From a virus (lineage: Duplodnaviria > Caudoviricetes), in IMG/VR virus record IMGVR_UViG_3300001528_000621, positions 123,849 to 187,848 of that record: a stretch of 64,000 nt of DNA; one strand, written 5' to 3'. Both the position numbers and the translations under genes were made by a program. Below the pieces are notes generated by a model. That model did no database searches. It saw nothing but the letters and a program-made list of their open reading frames with translations, and was not told the DNA's origin. Each line of letters begins with the position of its first letter. The first letter of the stretch is position 1. Shown here one piece after another: positions 46,033 to 55,562 of the stretch.

Positions 46033-47838
46033 ATGGCAAGAACAAATGTTCAGACTCTACTCGAAAGTTCTAACGAGTATCAGTCAATGCAAAAAGAGAG
46101 TCAGAGACTAGTAAAGAAGTGGGAGAAATCTGGACTTCTTGAAGGTCTTAGCAAGCAGGATCAGCCAATTATGGCTGTTATGCTTGAGAATCAGGCAAAG
46201 AGAATCGTTGCTGAAGCTAATCAGACCAATATCGGTGGTTCTACATTCGTAGCTGGAGCTGGTGAGCAGTGGGCAGGTATAGCTCTTCCACTTATCCGAA
46301 AGATTTTTGCTCAGTTCGCTTGTAAGGATTTCCTTAGCGTACAGCCAATGAATCTTCCTTCCGGTCTTGCATTCTTCCTTGAGTTCAAGTACGGTACAGG
46401 CTGGAACGGTCGAAAAGATGGTGAGAACGTTTACGGTAACGTATCCGAGGCTCATCGAAAGATGCAGGTTAACGAGGACGTAAAGGGCGGTCTTTACGGA
46501 GCAGGTCAGTTTGGTTATACCATTAACCAGCACATCTTCAGACTAGAGGCTGCTGAAGCTGGTACAGCTCTTACCGACGATGACGTAGCTGCTGCAACAC
46601 AGTGGGAGTATCTTAAGGTTCCTACAGATAAGGAGCTTAAGAAGGTAATTATTCCTCTTTACAACGTTAAGGACGGCGTTAAGACTTGGGAGTCTTATCT
46701 AGCTACTAGATTTAAAGCTGATGCTGTTCACGGATTCCTTACTGTAGATAAGAGCTACATCGAGGAGAATAACAAAGCTCGAAGAGAGTATGCTGCTTTC
46801 GATAAGAATCCTGCTATTCTTCCTGATCTTGAGGGTATCAGAGCATTTACTCCTTGTGATGCTGAGGGTAATCCAGTAGAGAGTCTTATTAGAAACTATA
46901 CTAAGCTTGTTAAGACTGTAAGTGAGGACAAGACTACAACTACTGTATCTATCGAGTTCGTATTCGAGGATATGAGCGCAGATGTACAGGGTGTTCTTTA
47001 TCACGTACAGCCGGTTGATAACAATAGGGGTGATTTCGAGGCTAACAGTGACAGAGCTGTTGATAAGAGTATCGAGATTCCAGAGATTGATGTTCGACTT
47101 GAGTCAGTTCCTATCGTCGCTAAGACAAGAAAACTAAAGACTCAGTGGACTCCAGAGTTTGCTCAGGATCTTAATGCTTACCACTCAATTGATGCTGAAG
47201 CTGAACTTACAAGCTTCATGAGTGAGTATATCTCAATGGAGACAGATCTTGAGTTGCTCGATATGTTGATCCAGAACGCAGTTACTATTGATCACTGGTC
47301 AGCTAAGAACAACACCTTCTGGAACGATGCACTTGGAGTATTCGAGTCAGAGGATGAGCTTGGAGTTAGCGGATATTACAACACCCAGGGTGGATGGTTC
47401 CAGACTCTAGGTACAAAAGCTCAGAAGATCTCTAATAAGATCCATCAGAAGACACTTCGAGGTGGTGCAACCTTTATGGTAACTTCACCTACCGTAGCTA
47501 CTATTCTTGAGTCTATTCCAGGATATGCAGCTTCCACTGACGGAGATAAGGAAGAGTTCGCAATGGGCGTACAGAAGGTTGGTTCTCTTAACAGTAGGTG
47601 GCAGGTATGGAAGATGCCTTACATGACAGAGAACATCATTTTCATGGGTTATAAGGGATCTCAGTTCCTTGAGTGCGGTGCAGTTTATGCTCCATACATT
47701 CCGCTCATGATGACTCCGATGGTCTATGATCCAGAGACATTTACGCCAAGGAAGGGTCTACTTACCAGATACGCTAAGCTCGTACTTAGACCAGAATTCT
47801 ACGGTAAGCTTTATATCAGCGGTCTTGATACTATTTAA
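46033..47838 (+). CDS. gp23: Major capsid protein (T4 gp23-like)
   Basis: KWEKSGLLEG, LENQ, SVQPMNLPSGL, AKTRKLK..WTPEFAQDL.AYH.IDAEAEL, YAPYIPL, PRKGLLTRY. Confidence 0.96.
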   Translation: MARTNVQTLLESSNEYQSMQKESQRLVKKWEKSGLLEGLSKQDQPIMAVMLENQAKRIVAEANQTNIGGSTFVAGAGEQWAGIALPLIRKIFAQFACKDFLSVQPMNLPSGLAFFLEFKYGTGWNGRKDGENVYGNVSEAHRKMQVNEDVKGGLYGAGQFGYTINQHIFRLEAAEAGTALTDDDVAAATQWEYLKVPTDKELKKVIIPLYNVKDGVKTWESYLATRFKADAVHGFLTVDKSYIEENNKARREYAAFDKNPAILPDLEGIRAFTPCDAEGNPVESLIRNYTKLVKTVSEDKTTTTVSIEFVFEDMSADVQGVLYHVQPVDNNRGDFEANSDRAVDKSIEIPEIDVRLESVPIVAKTRKLKTQWTPEFAQDLNAYHSIDAEAELTSFMSEYISMETDLELLDMLIQNAVTIDHWSAKNNTFWNDALGVFESEDELGVSGYYNTQGGWFQTLGTKAQKISNKIHQKTLRGGATFMVTSPTVATILESIPGYAASTDGDKEEFAMGVQKVGSLNSRWQVWKMPYMTENIIFMGYKGSQFLECGAVYAPYIPLMMTPMVYDPETFTPRKGLLTRYAKLVLRPEFYGKLYISGLDTI

Positions 47839-47862
47839 TTTTGAATAGGTTATGAGTTGGAG

Positions 47863-47894
47863 AAAGGTCTGACGAAAGTCAGGCCTTTTTCTTT
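47863..47894 (+). terminator. Intrinsic terminator after the capsid gene
   Basis: AAAGGTCTGAC-GAAA-GTCAGGCCTTT followed by TTCTTT. Confidence 0.85.
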
Positions 47895-48062
47895 ATCTAC
47901 TATTCTAGGTTTATATCTAGATTCTGGGATCCTCACCTATTGTCTTCTTTTCTGAAAGATTAACTCTTAGTTCTCCTTAATCTCTTAAAGGCTTTCGAAT
48001 TCTTGTGAAGATTTAGTTGTCTTGTTTTCTGGTAAATTCACCACTTATTGCTAAATTCAAGT

Positions 48063-49808
48063 ATGAAAGAAAAGATATCAGAAATTGATCTTCGAAAATA
48101 CTACATAGAGGAGAATCACAGTAAGGAAGAAACTAGAAAACATTTCAACCTTACAAACTGGTCTCTTTCAAAGTTATTTACGTTCTACGGTATTCGAAAA
48201 CCACCAACTGTAGTCTCAGAAATTCGAGCAAAAACGAAAAGAATAAGGTACGGTTCTGAGACATACAACAATAGGCAAAAGTTTAGAGAAACTGAAAAGG
48301 AGAGGTATGGAGGGGTAGGATATGCTTCAGAGGTTTGTAGAATAAAAGCTAATAGTACAACTTTAAGTCGTTATGGAAACGCTGATATCAGAAAGACAAA
48401 GCACTTTAAAGATAAATCGACACAGACTAAATTAGAGAAATACGGAAAAGGTACATATAATAATCCGAAGAAAAGTAAAGAAACACTGAAGAAAAGGTAC
48501 GGTTTTGATAACCCTATCTTTACTCACATTAAATCTTCAGAACCAGAACGTAGAGTTAGAGAAGCTTTAGGAGGACATTCCTATAGGTTAGAAAACCGGG
48601 AATTTGATGTAAAGGTGGGAAACACCCTTATTGAGGTTGACGGAGAATTTTGGCATCCTTATAGCATTAAAAACCTCAAACTAACGCAGCTTAGGAACAT
48701 TGTAAACGACTATACAAAAGAACAAATAGCTCGAGAGAGAGGTTTTGAACTTCTTCGAGTACATGTTAAGAACATACCAGAAGAAATTACAGTGGATTCT
48801 CTCAGAAAAGTAAACTACAGACCTACCTACAAGATAGGTTATTCCGAGGATATTTTATCAAAGAGTACTTTAGAGAAGTTCATCTCTACCTACGGAAAAG
48901 ATGTATTAGAGAAAAATTTTCTCTCTGATATGGTACCTACTATTAGGTTGTGTAGCCCGGAGTTTCCAGATATTCCGCAGGAGGAAGATTTATTTACAGT
49001 AATAGGTTGTTTAAGAAAAACAGACTTTACGTTTTATAAAAAACACGGACACTTTAGTTTCAATTGCAGTAACCTTGGAAGTAATGTAATTAAGTCTAGA
49101 TTCAGATCCTTTTGGAAAGCTTCAAACAGGGGAAGGCTTTCGCCGGTACAAGCATGGCAGTCTGATGAAATCTTAGAAAATATCATCAGATATAGAATAG
49201 GGTTGAACGATACTGGTGAATGTTTTGGACTAAGCTTAAAACAAATCGTTAGGGGTCTGAATATTAATCATTTTCTTGTAAGCTTTTTTAAACCTTCATT
49301 AGCAGCATCAATCTATAAACACTATCTGGGTGATGTAATAAGCCCTGTTGTGTTTGATCCTTCAGCTGGATTTGGTGCCAGGTTGCTTGCTTTTAAGTCC
49401 TTATATCCAGATGGAACGTATATTGCTTGTGAACCTAATCCGGAGACGTTTAAAGAATTGCAAGATCTTGTTGAAGAAGCTAATTTTTCTAATGTTATTC
49501 TACATTCCTGTAAATTGGAAGACTTACAAGAAGTTCCTAGTTACGACTTCGGTTTTACTTCTCCTCCATACTATGATTTAGAAATATATAGCGTTCCTGT
49601 ATCCTACGGAAGTTTTGAAGAGTGGAAAGGGTTGTTTTGGAATAAGCTGATTAGTCTTCCTAATATGCACGCTGTAGTTAACGGACAGCTTCTGGATTTA
49701 TTAAAAAGCGAAGATAGTTCACTGAAAGTTGTAGATTTCATTTCTAAAAATAGAAATCCTTTAGGTAGTAATCAGAACACTAGAGAATATATTGTAAAGA
49801 AAGTATGA
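48063..49808 (+). CDS. Fusion of HTH/KYG repeats, Vsr-like endonuclease and amino (N4C/N6A) DNA methyltransferase
   Basis: (K/R)YG repeats; FDVKVG..IEVDGEFWH; FDPSAGFGARL (motif I); FTSPPYY (motif IV); likely ATG 48063. Confidence 0.8.
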   Translation: MKEKISEIDLRKYYIEENHSKEETRKHFNLTNWSLSKLFTFYGIRKPPTVVSEIRAKTKRIRYGSETYNNRQKFRETEKERYGGVGYASEVCRIKANSTTLSRYGNADIRKTKHFKDKSTQTKLEKYGKGTYNNPKKSKETLKKRYGFDNPIFTHIKSSEPERRVREALGGHSYRLENREFDVKVGNTLIEVDGEFWHPYSIKNLKLTQLRNIVNDYTKEQIARERGFELLRVHVKNIPEEITVDSLRKVNYRPTYKIGYSEDILSKSTLEKFISTYGKDVLEKNFLSDMVPTIRLCSPEFPDIPQEEDLFTVIGCLRKTDFTFYKKHGHFSFNCSNLGSNVIKSRFRSFWKASNRGRLSPVQAWQSDEILENIIRYRIGLNDTGECFGLSLKQIVRGLNINHFLVSFFKPSLAASIYKHYLGDVISPVVFDPSAGFGARLLAFKSLYPDGTYIACEPNPETFKELQDLVEEANFSNVILHSCKLEDLQEVPSYDFGFTSPPYYDLEIYSVPVSYGSFEEWKGLFWNKLISLPNMHAVVNGQLLDLLKSEDSSLKVVDFISKNRNPLGSNQNTREYIVKKV

Positions 49809-51289
49809 AAGAAATTAGTATTGAAGAGCTGAAAAAGCTTTACGTAGATGAAAATAGACCTAGACTAGAAGTAGCAGAACACTTTGGGGTAAAACCTTAC
49901 GTAATTAGCAACCTAGTATCTAAACACAACCTGAAGAAGCCAGGTCAAGAAGAAGCTTTTAACGGTGTTATAAATTCTTACACAAAGGAAGAGTTTCAAA
50001 AGCTCTATGAAGGTCACTCCCATGCTGAAACAGCTAAAATTCTGAACATTACAGGAGATGTACTAAATAGGGTTATCAAATTCTATAATATAGGGAAGAG
50101 AAGTAAGCTGGACAGGTTTAAAGATTCGGTGTCCGAAGAGGAACTGAGAAGACTCTATATCGATGAGAACTACAGCTTAAAGGAATTAGCCGATAAGTAC
50201 GGTGTTCACGGTCTAACCCTATACAGAACCTTTCAGAAATACGGAATTCTTAAACCTAAGGATAAGGTTGTAGAGAATATTAAGAAGACTTTACAAGAAA
50301 AGTACGGAGTAACGAATGCTAACGACATTCCTGGCGTTGCAGAAAAGAGAGAACATACATGCCAAGAGAAGTATGGAGCAAAATGCGTTCTCGTAAGTAA
50401 ACACTGTTATAGCAAATTCAGGAATGACAGCAAACCTAACCAGGAATTTGCTAAAATACTAGAAGATCGAGGTATTGAGTTTGAAAGAGAGTTTCCTATC
50501 GGTAGTAGAAGTTATGATTTCAGAGTAGATAAGTCTTTAGTGGAAATAAATCCTTACGCTACTCATAATTCTACTTGGGGAATAGACGGAAAAGATGGAA
50601 AAGATAGCCTTTATCACAAGGAAAAGTCAGATCTAGCAGCTCAAAACGGATATTCTTGCCTTCATGTCTGGGATTGGGACGATAGGGAGAAGATTTTAGA
50701 GCTTCTTCAGCCGAGAACGCCAATATATGCTAGAAAATGTAAAGTAAAGAGCATTGATCAAAGAGAAGCTAACGTGTTCCTTAAGAGATATCATCTTCAA
50801 AACGGGGCTAAAATGCAGAAAGTATGCTTGGCCTTGATATATGAAGGTGAGATTGTAGAAGTAATGACATTTGGACCTCCGAGGTTTAATAAGAACTTTG
50901 AATGGGAACTTATTAGACTTTGCACCAAGACAGGAATAAGGGTTCTGGGTGGAAGTCAAAAGCTCTGGAAGCATTTTATAGAGGAGTATAATCCAAAATC
51001 TATTATTTCTTATTGTGATAGGTCTAAGTTTTCAGGAAAAATTTATGGAGATTTAGGATTTACATTAAGAAGTGAAGGAATGCCTAGTAGGCACTGGTAC
51101 AGTCCAGAGTTAAAGCAACATATTACCGATAATGGTCTACGTTTGAGGGGATTTGATCTACTATTGGGGACGAAATTTGGAAAGTTTGGAAAAGGAACAA
51201 TCAACGACGATTTGATGAGAGAGCATGGTTTTGTGGAAATTTGGGATGCAGGTCAAGCAGTCTGGATTTGGAAGAATGAAAATTGCTAA
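49805..51289 (+). CDS. Hef-like protein: HTH/KYG repeats, Vsr-like endonuclease and Mom-like GNAT domain
   Basis: YDF..VEINP..TH; ARKCKV..FLKRYHLQ..VMTFG..WELIRLC..GGSQKLWKHF..ISYCDR..G..Y..LGF. Confidence 0.8.
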   Translation: MKEISIEELKKLYVDENRPRLEVAEHFGVKPYVISNLVSKHNLKKPGQEEAFNGVINSYTKEEFQKLYEGHSHAETAKILNITGDVLNRVIKFYNIGKRSKLDRFKDSVSEEELRRLYIDENYSLKELADKYGVHGLTLYRTFQKYGILKPKDKVVENIKKTLQEKYGVTNANDIPGVAEKREHTCQEKYGAKCVLVSKHCYSKFRNDSKPNQEFAKILEDRGIEFEREFPIGSRSYDFRVDKSLVEINPYATHNSTWGIDGKDGKDSLYHKEKSDLAAQNGYSCLHVWDWDDREKILELLQPRTPIYARKCKVKSIDQREANVFLKRYHLQNGAKMQKVCLALIYEGEIVEVMTFGPPRFNKNFEWELIRLCTKTGIRVLGGSQKLWKHFIEEYNPKSIISYCDRSKFSGKIYGDLGFTLRSEGMPSRHWYSPELKQHITDNGLRLRGFDLLLGTKFGKFGKGTINDDLMREHGFVEIWDAGQAVWIWKNENC

Positions 51290-51292
51290 AGA

Positions 51293-51913
51293 ATGGTAGA
51301 CTTTATTAGAAAATCTTTACTGGCCGGCATAATGATCGGCCTAGGTTGTATTATTTATACTGTTTGTCCTAATCACTATCTAGGATCCTTTCTGTTTTCT
51401 TTAGGACTTATTACAGTAATATTAAAGAACTACAACCTCTATACAGGAAAAGTTGGATATATCTTCAAAAATACAAGATTTAGGCCGGTTTTCCTAAAGT
51501 ACTCTCTAATGCTTCTTATGAACATTGTAGGAGCTGTAGGAATTTGTTATCTTTTTACACATACTCGTATAGATCTTACCGAAATTCAGCAGATTACAGG
51601 GCCTAAGCTAGGGGATAGCTTAATTTCTTTGTTTATCCTAGCTGTCGGATGCGGAATTATGATGTATACAGCTGTAGAAGGCTATTCAAAGAGCAACTCC
51701 TTACTTACAGTCATACTTCCTATAATGTTCTTCATACTTTGTGGCTTTGAACATTGCATAGCTGATGTAGGTTACTTAGCTTTAGCTCGAGTTTCTGTAG
51801 ATTTTGATGTAATTTTAAGAGTTCTTGTCATAGTTCTCGGAAATTCTGTAGGGTCTTGGTTGATTTCATTAATAGAACCTAAAGAGTCTGTTAAAGCTTC
51901 AACACTTATGTAA
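51293..51913 (+). CDS. Formate/nitrite transporter (FNT) family channel
   Basis: AGIMIGLG, FSLGL, LYTG, FILCGFEHCIAD, GNSVG; about 6 TM segments. Confidence 0.88.
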   Translation: MVDFIRKSLLAGIMIGLGCIIYTVCPNHYLGSFLFSLGLITVILKNYNLYTGKVGYIFKNTRFRPVFLKYSLMLLMNIVGAVGICYLFTHTRIDLTEIQQITGPKLGDSLISLFILAVGCGIMMYTAVEGYSKSNSLLTVILPIMFFILCGFEHCIADVGYLALARVSVDFDVILRVLVIVLGNSVGSWLISLIEPKESVKASTLM

Positions 51914-52043
51914 ACCCTTTAAGGATCCTATAGTTTTCCTTAGGTATCCTTAAGGTTAATTTATGTTTAATATAATTTTATACCTCTAGTTAGACTTTCA
52001 TGTTTTCCTAGAGGTTTCTATATCTTTCTGATTCTAGATTTAC

Positions 52044-52050
52044 TATTTAT
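52044..52050 (+). promoter_or_regulatory. Putative late promoter TATTTAT
   Basis: Intergenic, before 52072. Confidence 0.65.
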
Positions 52051-52071
52051 GATGGTAAAAATTAGATTACT

Positions 52072-53766
52072 ATGCCAGAAATGCCTCAAGGCCACGTAAA
52101 TACGCCTAAAATATGGAACGGAACCTGCACATGGCAGGAAGGAATAACACCGTTCGGGTTTTACGATTCGGATCCTCAATTTCAGGATGCAGCTGTAAGG
52201 TTTTCTAAGTTTGCAGCAGTTAGACTTGGATATCCGATAATGGATGTGGAGTTAGATTCAGGTTCCTTCTTTACTTGCCTAGAAGAAGCTGTAACTGAGT
52301 ATGGAAACCAGATATACCAGTATAAGGTTCGAGAGAACTACTTAAGTCTTGAAGGAGGATCTACAGCTATACCTGCGAACAAGATGATTCTTGAACCTAC
52401 TTTACAGAGAATCGTAGAAATTGCAAAAAACTACGGTACAGAAGCATCTGTAGGAGGAAACATTACACTTCACACTGGATTTCTTAATCTGGTTGAAAAT
52501 CAGCAGGACTATGACTTAAAAGCTTGGGCTTTAGAGCAAGGGGTTGTAGGAGGAATAGAGGTTCGTAAGATTTTCTGGGAAGCTCCACCTGCAATTCTGA
52601 GATATTTTGATCCTTATGCCGGGACAGGTACAGGTATTCAGAGTTTGATGGATGCTTTTGATTTTGGAGCTTATTCTCCAGGTGTGAACTTCATGCTTAT
52701 GCCTGTTTCTGCAGACATTCTCAAAATTCAAGCTATTGAATTTAATGATACTGTTAGAAAGTCTGGATATTCTTTCGAAGTTCATAATAATAACTTAAGG
52801 CTCTTTCCTGTTCCTAGGTACGGAGGAAGGTTGAGAATAGAGTACTATAAGATGTCCGATAAGAGGAAATTGAATACTAACGTTTCCCTTACAAATTCCT
52901 TCTCAACCCATAAGATGAACTTTAGTGTCTCTGGTGAAAACTTATCAGAAACCTTTGAACACAACTTAGGAGCTCTTGATGTTACTGCAAAAGTTTACTG
53001 GAACAATGACGGAACTTATGAGGAAATGCTACCAGCTTCTGTAGAGGTTCTGGACGAAAATAGAATTCAAATTTCTTTTAGTGAGGATGCAGAAGGCTAT
53101 GTTGAGTTTGGTTATCCTGAATATGGAATCGTAGTAAAGAGTCAAGGAGGTGATCCGGGTCTTGTAAAGAGGTGTGTAGACTTCTCTATTACAGTACCTT
53201 CTGGAGGAGACATGGTGAAGAAGATCTTGACTCATAATATGGGTACTGAAGATATTCAAGAGATTCAAGCTTTTCTCGACTCAGGCTCTAAGTCAGAAAG
53301 ATTTATACCTGCCCAGATTGAGATTATAGATCCTAACCACGTAGCTATTACAGTAGCAGAAACAGCAGTAGGACATCTTGTGCTTCAAGCGACTTATGAG
53401 GTTCCGGATGACGGTTCTGATGTAATTACTAATATTTCTGAAGTTCCTTATGAAAACCCAGTCTTTAGTAATATAAATTCTGTAGGACGTCAATGGATAT
53501 TTAGGTACGCTTTAGCGTTAGCAAGGGAGATTTTAGGATATATTCGAGGAAAGTATACATCCTTACCTATTCCTGACAGTGAAGCTACTCTAAACCAGCA
53601 AGATTTACTTACAGATGCTAGAGATGAGAAAAAGCTACTAATAGAACAGTTAAGGGACATGTTAGAAGCTACTTCTCGAGCAAAACAATTAGAGATGAAA
53701 TCTCAAGAAGCCGACTACCTCCGGAAAACGCTTGATGGAGTTCCGATGCTTGTCTATATTGGTTAG
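52072..53766 (+). CDS. Neck/head-tail adaptor protein (gp13-like) with inserted domains
   Basis: RLGYPIMDVEL, LRLFPVP, WIFRYALALAREILGYIRGKY. Confidence 0.75.
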   Translation: MPEMPQGHVNTPKIWNGTCTWQEGITPFGFYDSDPQFQDAAVRFSKFAAVRLGYPIMDVELDSGSFFTCLEEAVTEYGNQIYQYKVRENYLSLEGGSTAIPANKMILEPTLQRIVEIAKNYGTEASVGGNITLHTGFLNLVENQQDYDLKAWALEQGVVGGIEVRKIFWEAPPAILRYFDPYAGTGTGIQSLMDAFDFGAYSPGVNFMLMPVSADILKIQAIEFNDTVRKSGYSFEVHNNNLRLFPVPRYGGRLRIEYYKMSDKRKLNTNVSLTNSFSTHKMNFSVSGENLSETFEHNLGALDVTAKVYWNNDGTYEEMLPASVEVLDENRIQISFSEDAEGYVEFGYPEYGIVVKSQGGDPGLVKRCVDFSITVPSGGDMVKKILTHNMGTEDIQEIQAFLDSGSKSERFIPAQIEIIDPNHVAITVAETAVGHLVLQATYEVPDDGSDVITNISEVPYENPVFSNINSVGRQWIFRYALALAREILGYIRGKYTSLPIPDSEATLNQQDLLTDARDEKKLLIEQLRDMLEATSRAKQLEMKSQEADYLRKTLDGVPMLVYIG

Positions 53767-53771
53767 ATTTT

Positions 53772-53803
53772 AGACCTGGCTATTTATAGTCAGGTTTTAT
53801 TTT
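53772..53803 (+). terminator. Terminator-like hairpin with embedded TATTTAT
   Basis: AGACCTGGCTA-TTTA-TAGTCAGGTTT followed by TATTTT; motif at 53781-53787. Confidence 0.55.
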
Positions 53804-53815
53804 GTATATTGTACC

Positions 53816-54154
53816 ATGATATCTACATACAAGTTACTTACTGAATCTGGCTTTGCACAGTACACTGCAATGGTTCGGTTTAAGTATAATAGAGACAACG
53901 TATCTCTGGGTGCAGAAAAGCTGGCTGAAATGGTTAGAGCAATACCGGGAAGCACTAGGGTCAGTACTGTTAGTCTCGATAAAGAGAACGGTATAGTTAT
54001 CTTTAATGTTAAGCTTATTTCTGCTAAAACTACAAAAGCAGCTTTTGTATCTTTTAAGGAGAACGCTCTTAAAAGATTTAAAGGGTACATTCTTTCTATA
54101 GAGATTGGAGCAGGTACAATTGAAACTAAGGGTAACTTTATTCTAACTAAATAG
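53816..54154 (+). CDS. Conserved hypothetical protein
   Basis: 112 aa; VRAIPG.T.VS. Confidence 0.7.
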   Translation: MISTYKLLTESGFAQYTAMVRFKYNRDNVSLGAEKLAEMVRAIPGSTRVSTVSLDKENGIVIFNVKLISAKTTKAAFVSFKENALKRFKGYILSIEIGAGTIETKGNFILTK

Positions 54155-54160
54155 AAAAGT

Positions 54161-54643
54161 ATGATTTTCGGTTCAGCTAATGATGTAGGAACTCTACTCC
54201 ATATCGGCAGAGAGCTTCTACAGGATGTTGTGGAGCAAGAAATATTACTCTATAAAGTAAGCTTAGAGGAAACCGTAGAAAACATCTATGGAGAAGCTAG
54301 TCAGAAGTTCTATTGGACTCCTGTCCGACTTACCTGTAGAATTAAGAGAGGAAGCAAAGATTGGCAAGTTCAGGATTACGGTCCGGATATTAATAGGATT
54401 ACGGAATTTGCATTCTTTAAGGAAGATCTACGAGATCTAGAAACTATAATTGAACCTGGAGACATTATAGAGTGGTCTAAAGACTATTATGAGGTAGACG
54501 GTATTGATGAAAATCAAATGTTCTTAGGAAAGGATTTAGACTATAGAATATCTACTCCTACTTGGAAGTTTGGCTCTTCTATCTCTATTATAGCTAAAAC
54601 TCACTTATCAAGACTCACAAAACTTAATGTTAGAGAAAGATAA
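54161..54643 (+). CDS. Head closure/neck protein (gp14-like)
   Basis: NIYGEA, PGDIIEW..YYEVD; position between the neck and tail-terminator genes. Confidence 0.7.
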   Translation: MIFGSANDVGTLLHIGRELLQDVVEQEILLYKVSLEETVENIYGEASQKFYWTPVRLTCRIKRGSKDWQVQDYGPDINRITEFAFFKEDLRDLETIIEPGDIIEWSKDYYEVDGIDENQMFLGKDLDYRISTPTWKFGSSISIIAKTHLSRLTKLNVRER

Positions 54644-55515
54644 TGGTCAATCAAGAACAGACATCACAGCATTTGGTTGGTCCTACATATCAAAATCCTG
54701 ATACAAAGAGAACATACCGAGAGAAAGGTCCTTTTGATGATCAGCGAGATAGAGTCAACCAGACTACTCGAGCGAATGATTTAGCTAAAAATGCTCGAGT
54801 TGGCATTAGAGATATGGACGATGCTTTTCTATTTTACTTCAGAGAAGTTATACGTCCAACGGTAATGGTAGACGATAAGGTTTCTGAAGTTCCTATCGTT
54901 TATGGAAACCCGGAAAAATGGAAAGCTGTACAAAAGGAAGGTTTTTATAGAGATAAGAACGGAAAAAGACAGATACCGGTTATTATCTTTAAGAGGGATA
55001 GCTTACATAAGGTCAGAAATATGGCTAATAAGCTTGATGCAAATCGACCTCACAATACATATGTAACAGCTAAACATTACTCTTATAGAAATACTTTTGA
55101 TAATTTTGATAAGGCTAAGAATAGGGTTCCGGAATATGAGTTCATTTCCACAGTAGTTCCGGACTTTGTAAAGCTTGAATATTCTGTCGTAGTTTTGACA
55201 GACTATATTGAGCAGATGAATCCTATCATAGAAGCTATAAACTTTGCATCAGATTCGTATTGGGGACGGCAGGAAGCTTTCAAGTTTCAATCTTTTGTAG
55301 GAGATATTAGGACAGAAATAATAACTAACCAATCTGAAGATAGAACAGTAAAATCAGACTTTAAGGTTACGTTGAACGGATATATCGTACCTCAAACAGT
55401 AAATTCAAATCCGTACGTGAATTACAAAAAACGAAACTTGACAACACTAAACGTTTCATTTCAAGAACAAACGATTACGGGTCAAAGAGAATTAGAGAAG
55501 GTTCTATCTTTATAG
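54643..55515 (+). CDS. Tail terminator/sheath stabiliser (gp15-like)
   Basis: VPIVYGNPEKWK, P.FVKLEYS, QMNPIIE, LNGYI. Confidence 0.75.
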   Translation: MVNQEQTSQHLVGPTYQNPDTKRTYREKGPFDDQRDRVNQTTRANDLAKNARVGIRDMDDAFLFYFREVIRPTVMVDDKVSEVPIVYGNPEKWKAVQKEGFYRDKNGKRQIPVIIFKRDSLHKVRNMANKLDANRPHNTYVTAKHYSYRNTFDNFDKAKNRVPEYEFISTVVPDFVKLEYSVVVLTDYIEQMNPIIEAINFASDSYWGRQEAFKFQSFVGDIRTEIITNQSEDRTVKSDFKVTLNGYIVPQTVNSNPYVNYKKRNLTTLNVSFQEQTITGQRELEKVLSL

Positions 55516-55540
55516 GACCTTTCCTACTTTTGCAGAAACC

Positions 55541-55547
55541 TATTTAT
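55541..55547 (+). promoter_or_regulatory. Putative late promoter TATTTAT
   Basis: Intergenic, before 55563. Confidence 0.65.
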
Positions 55548-55562
55548 TTCTAAACGGAACAT

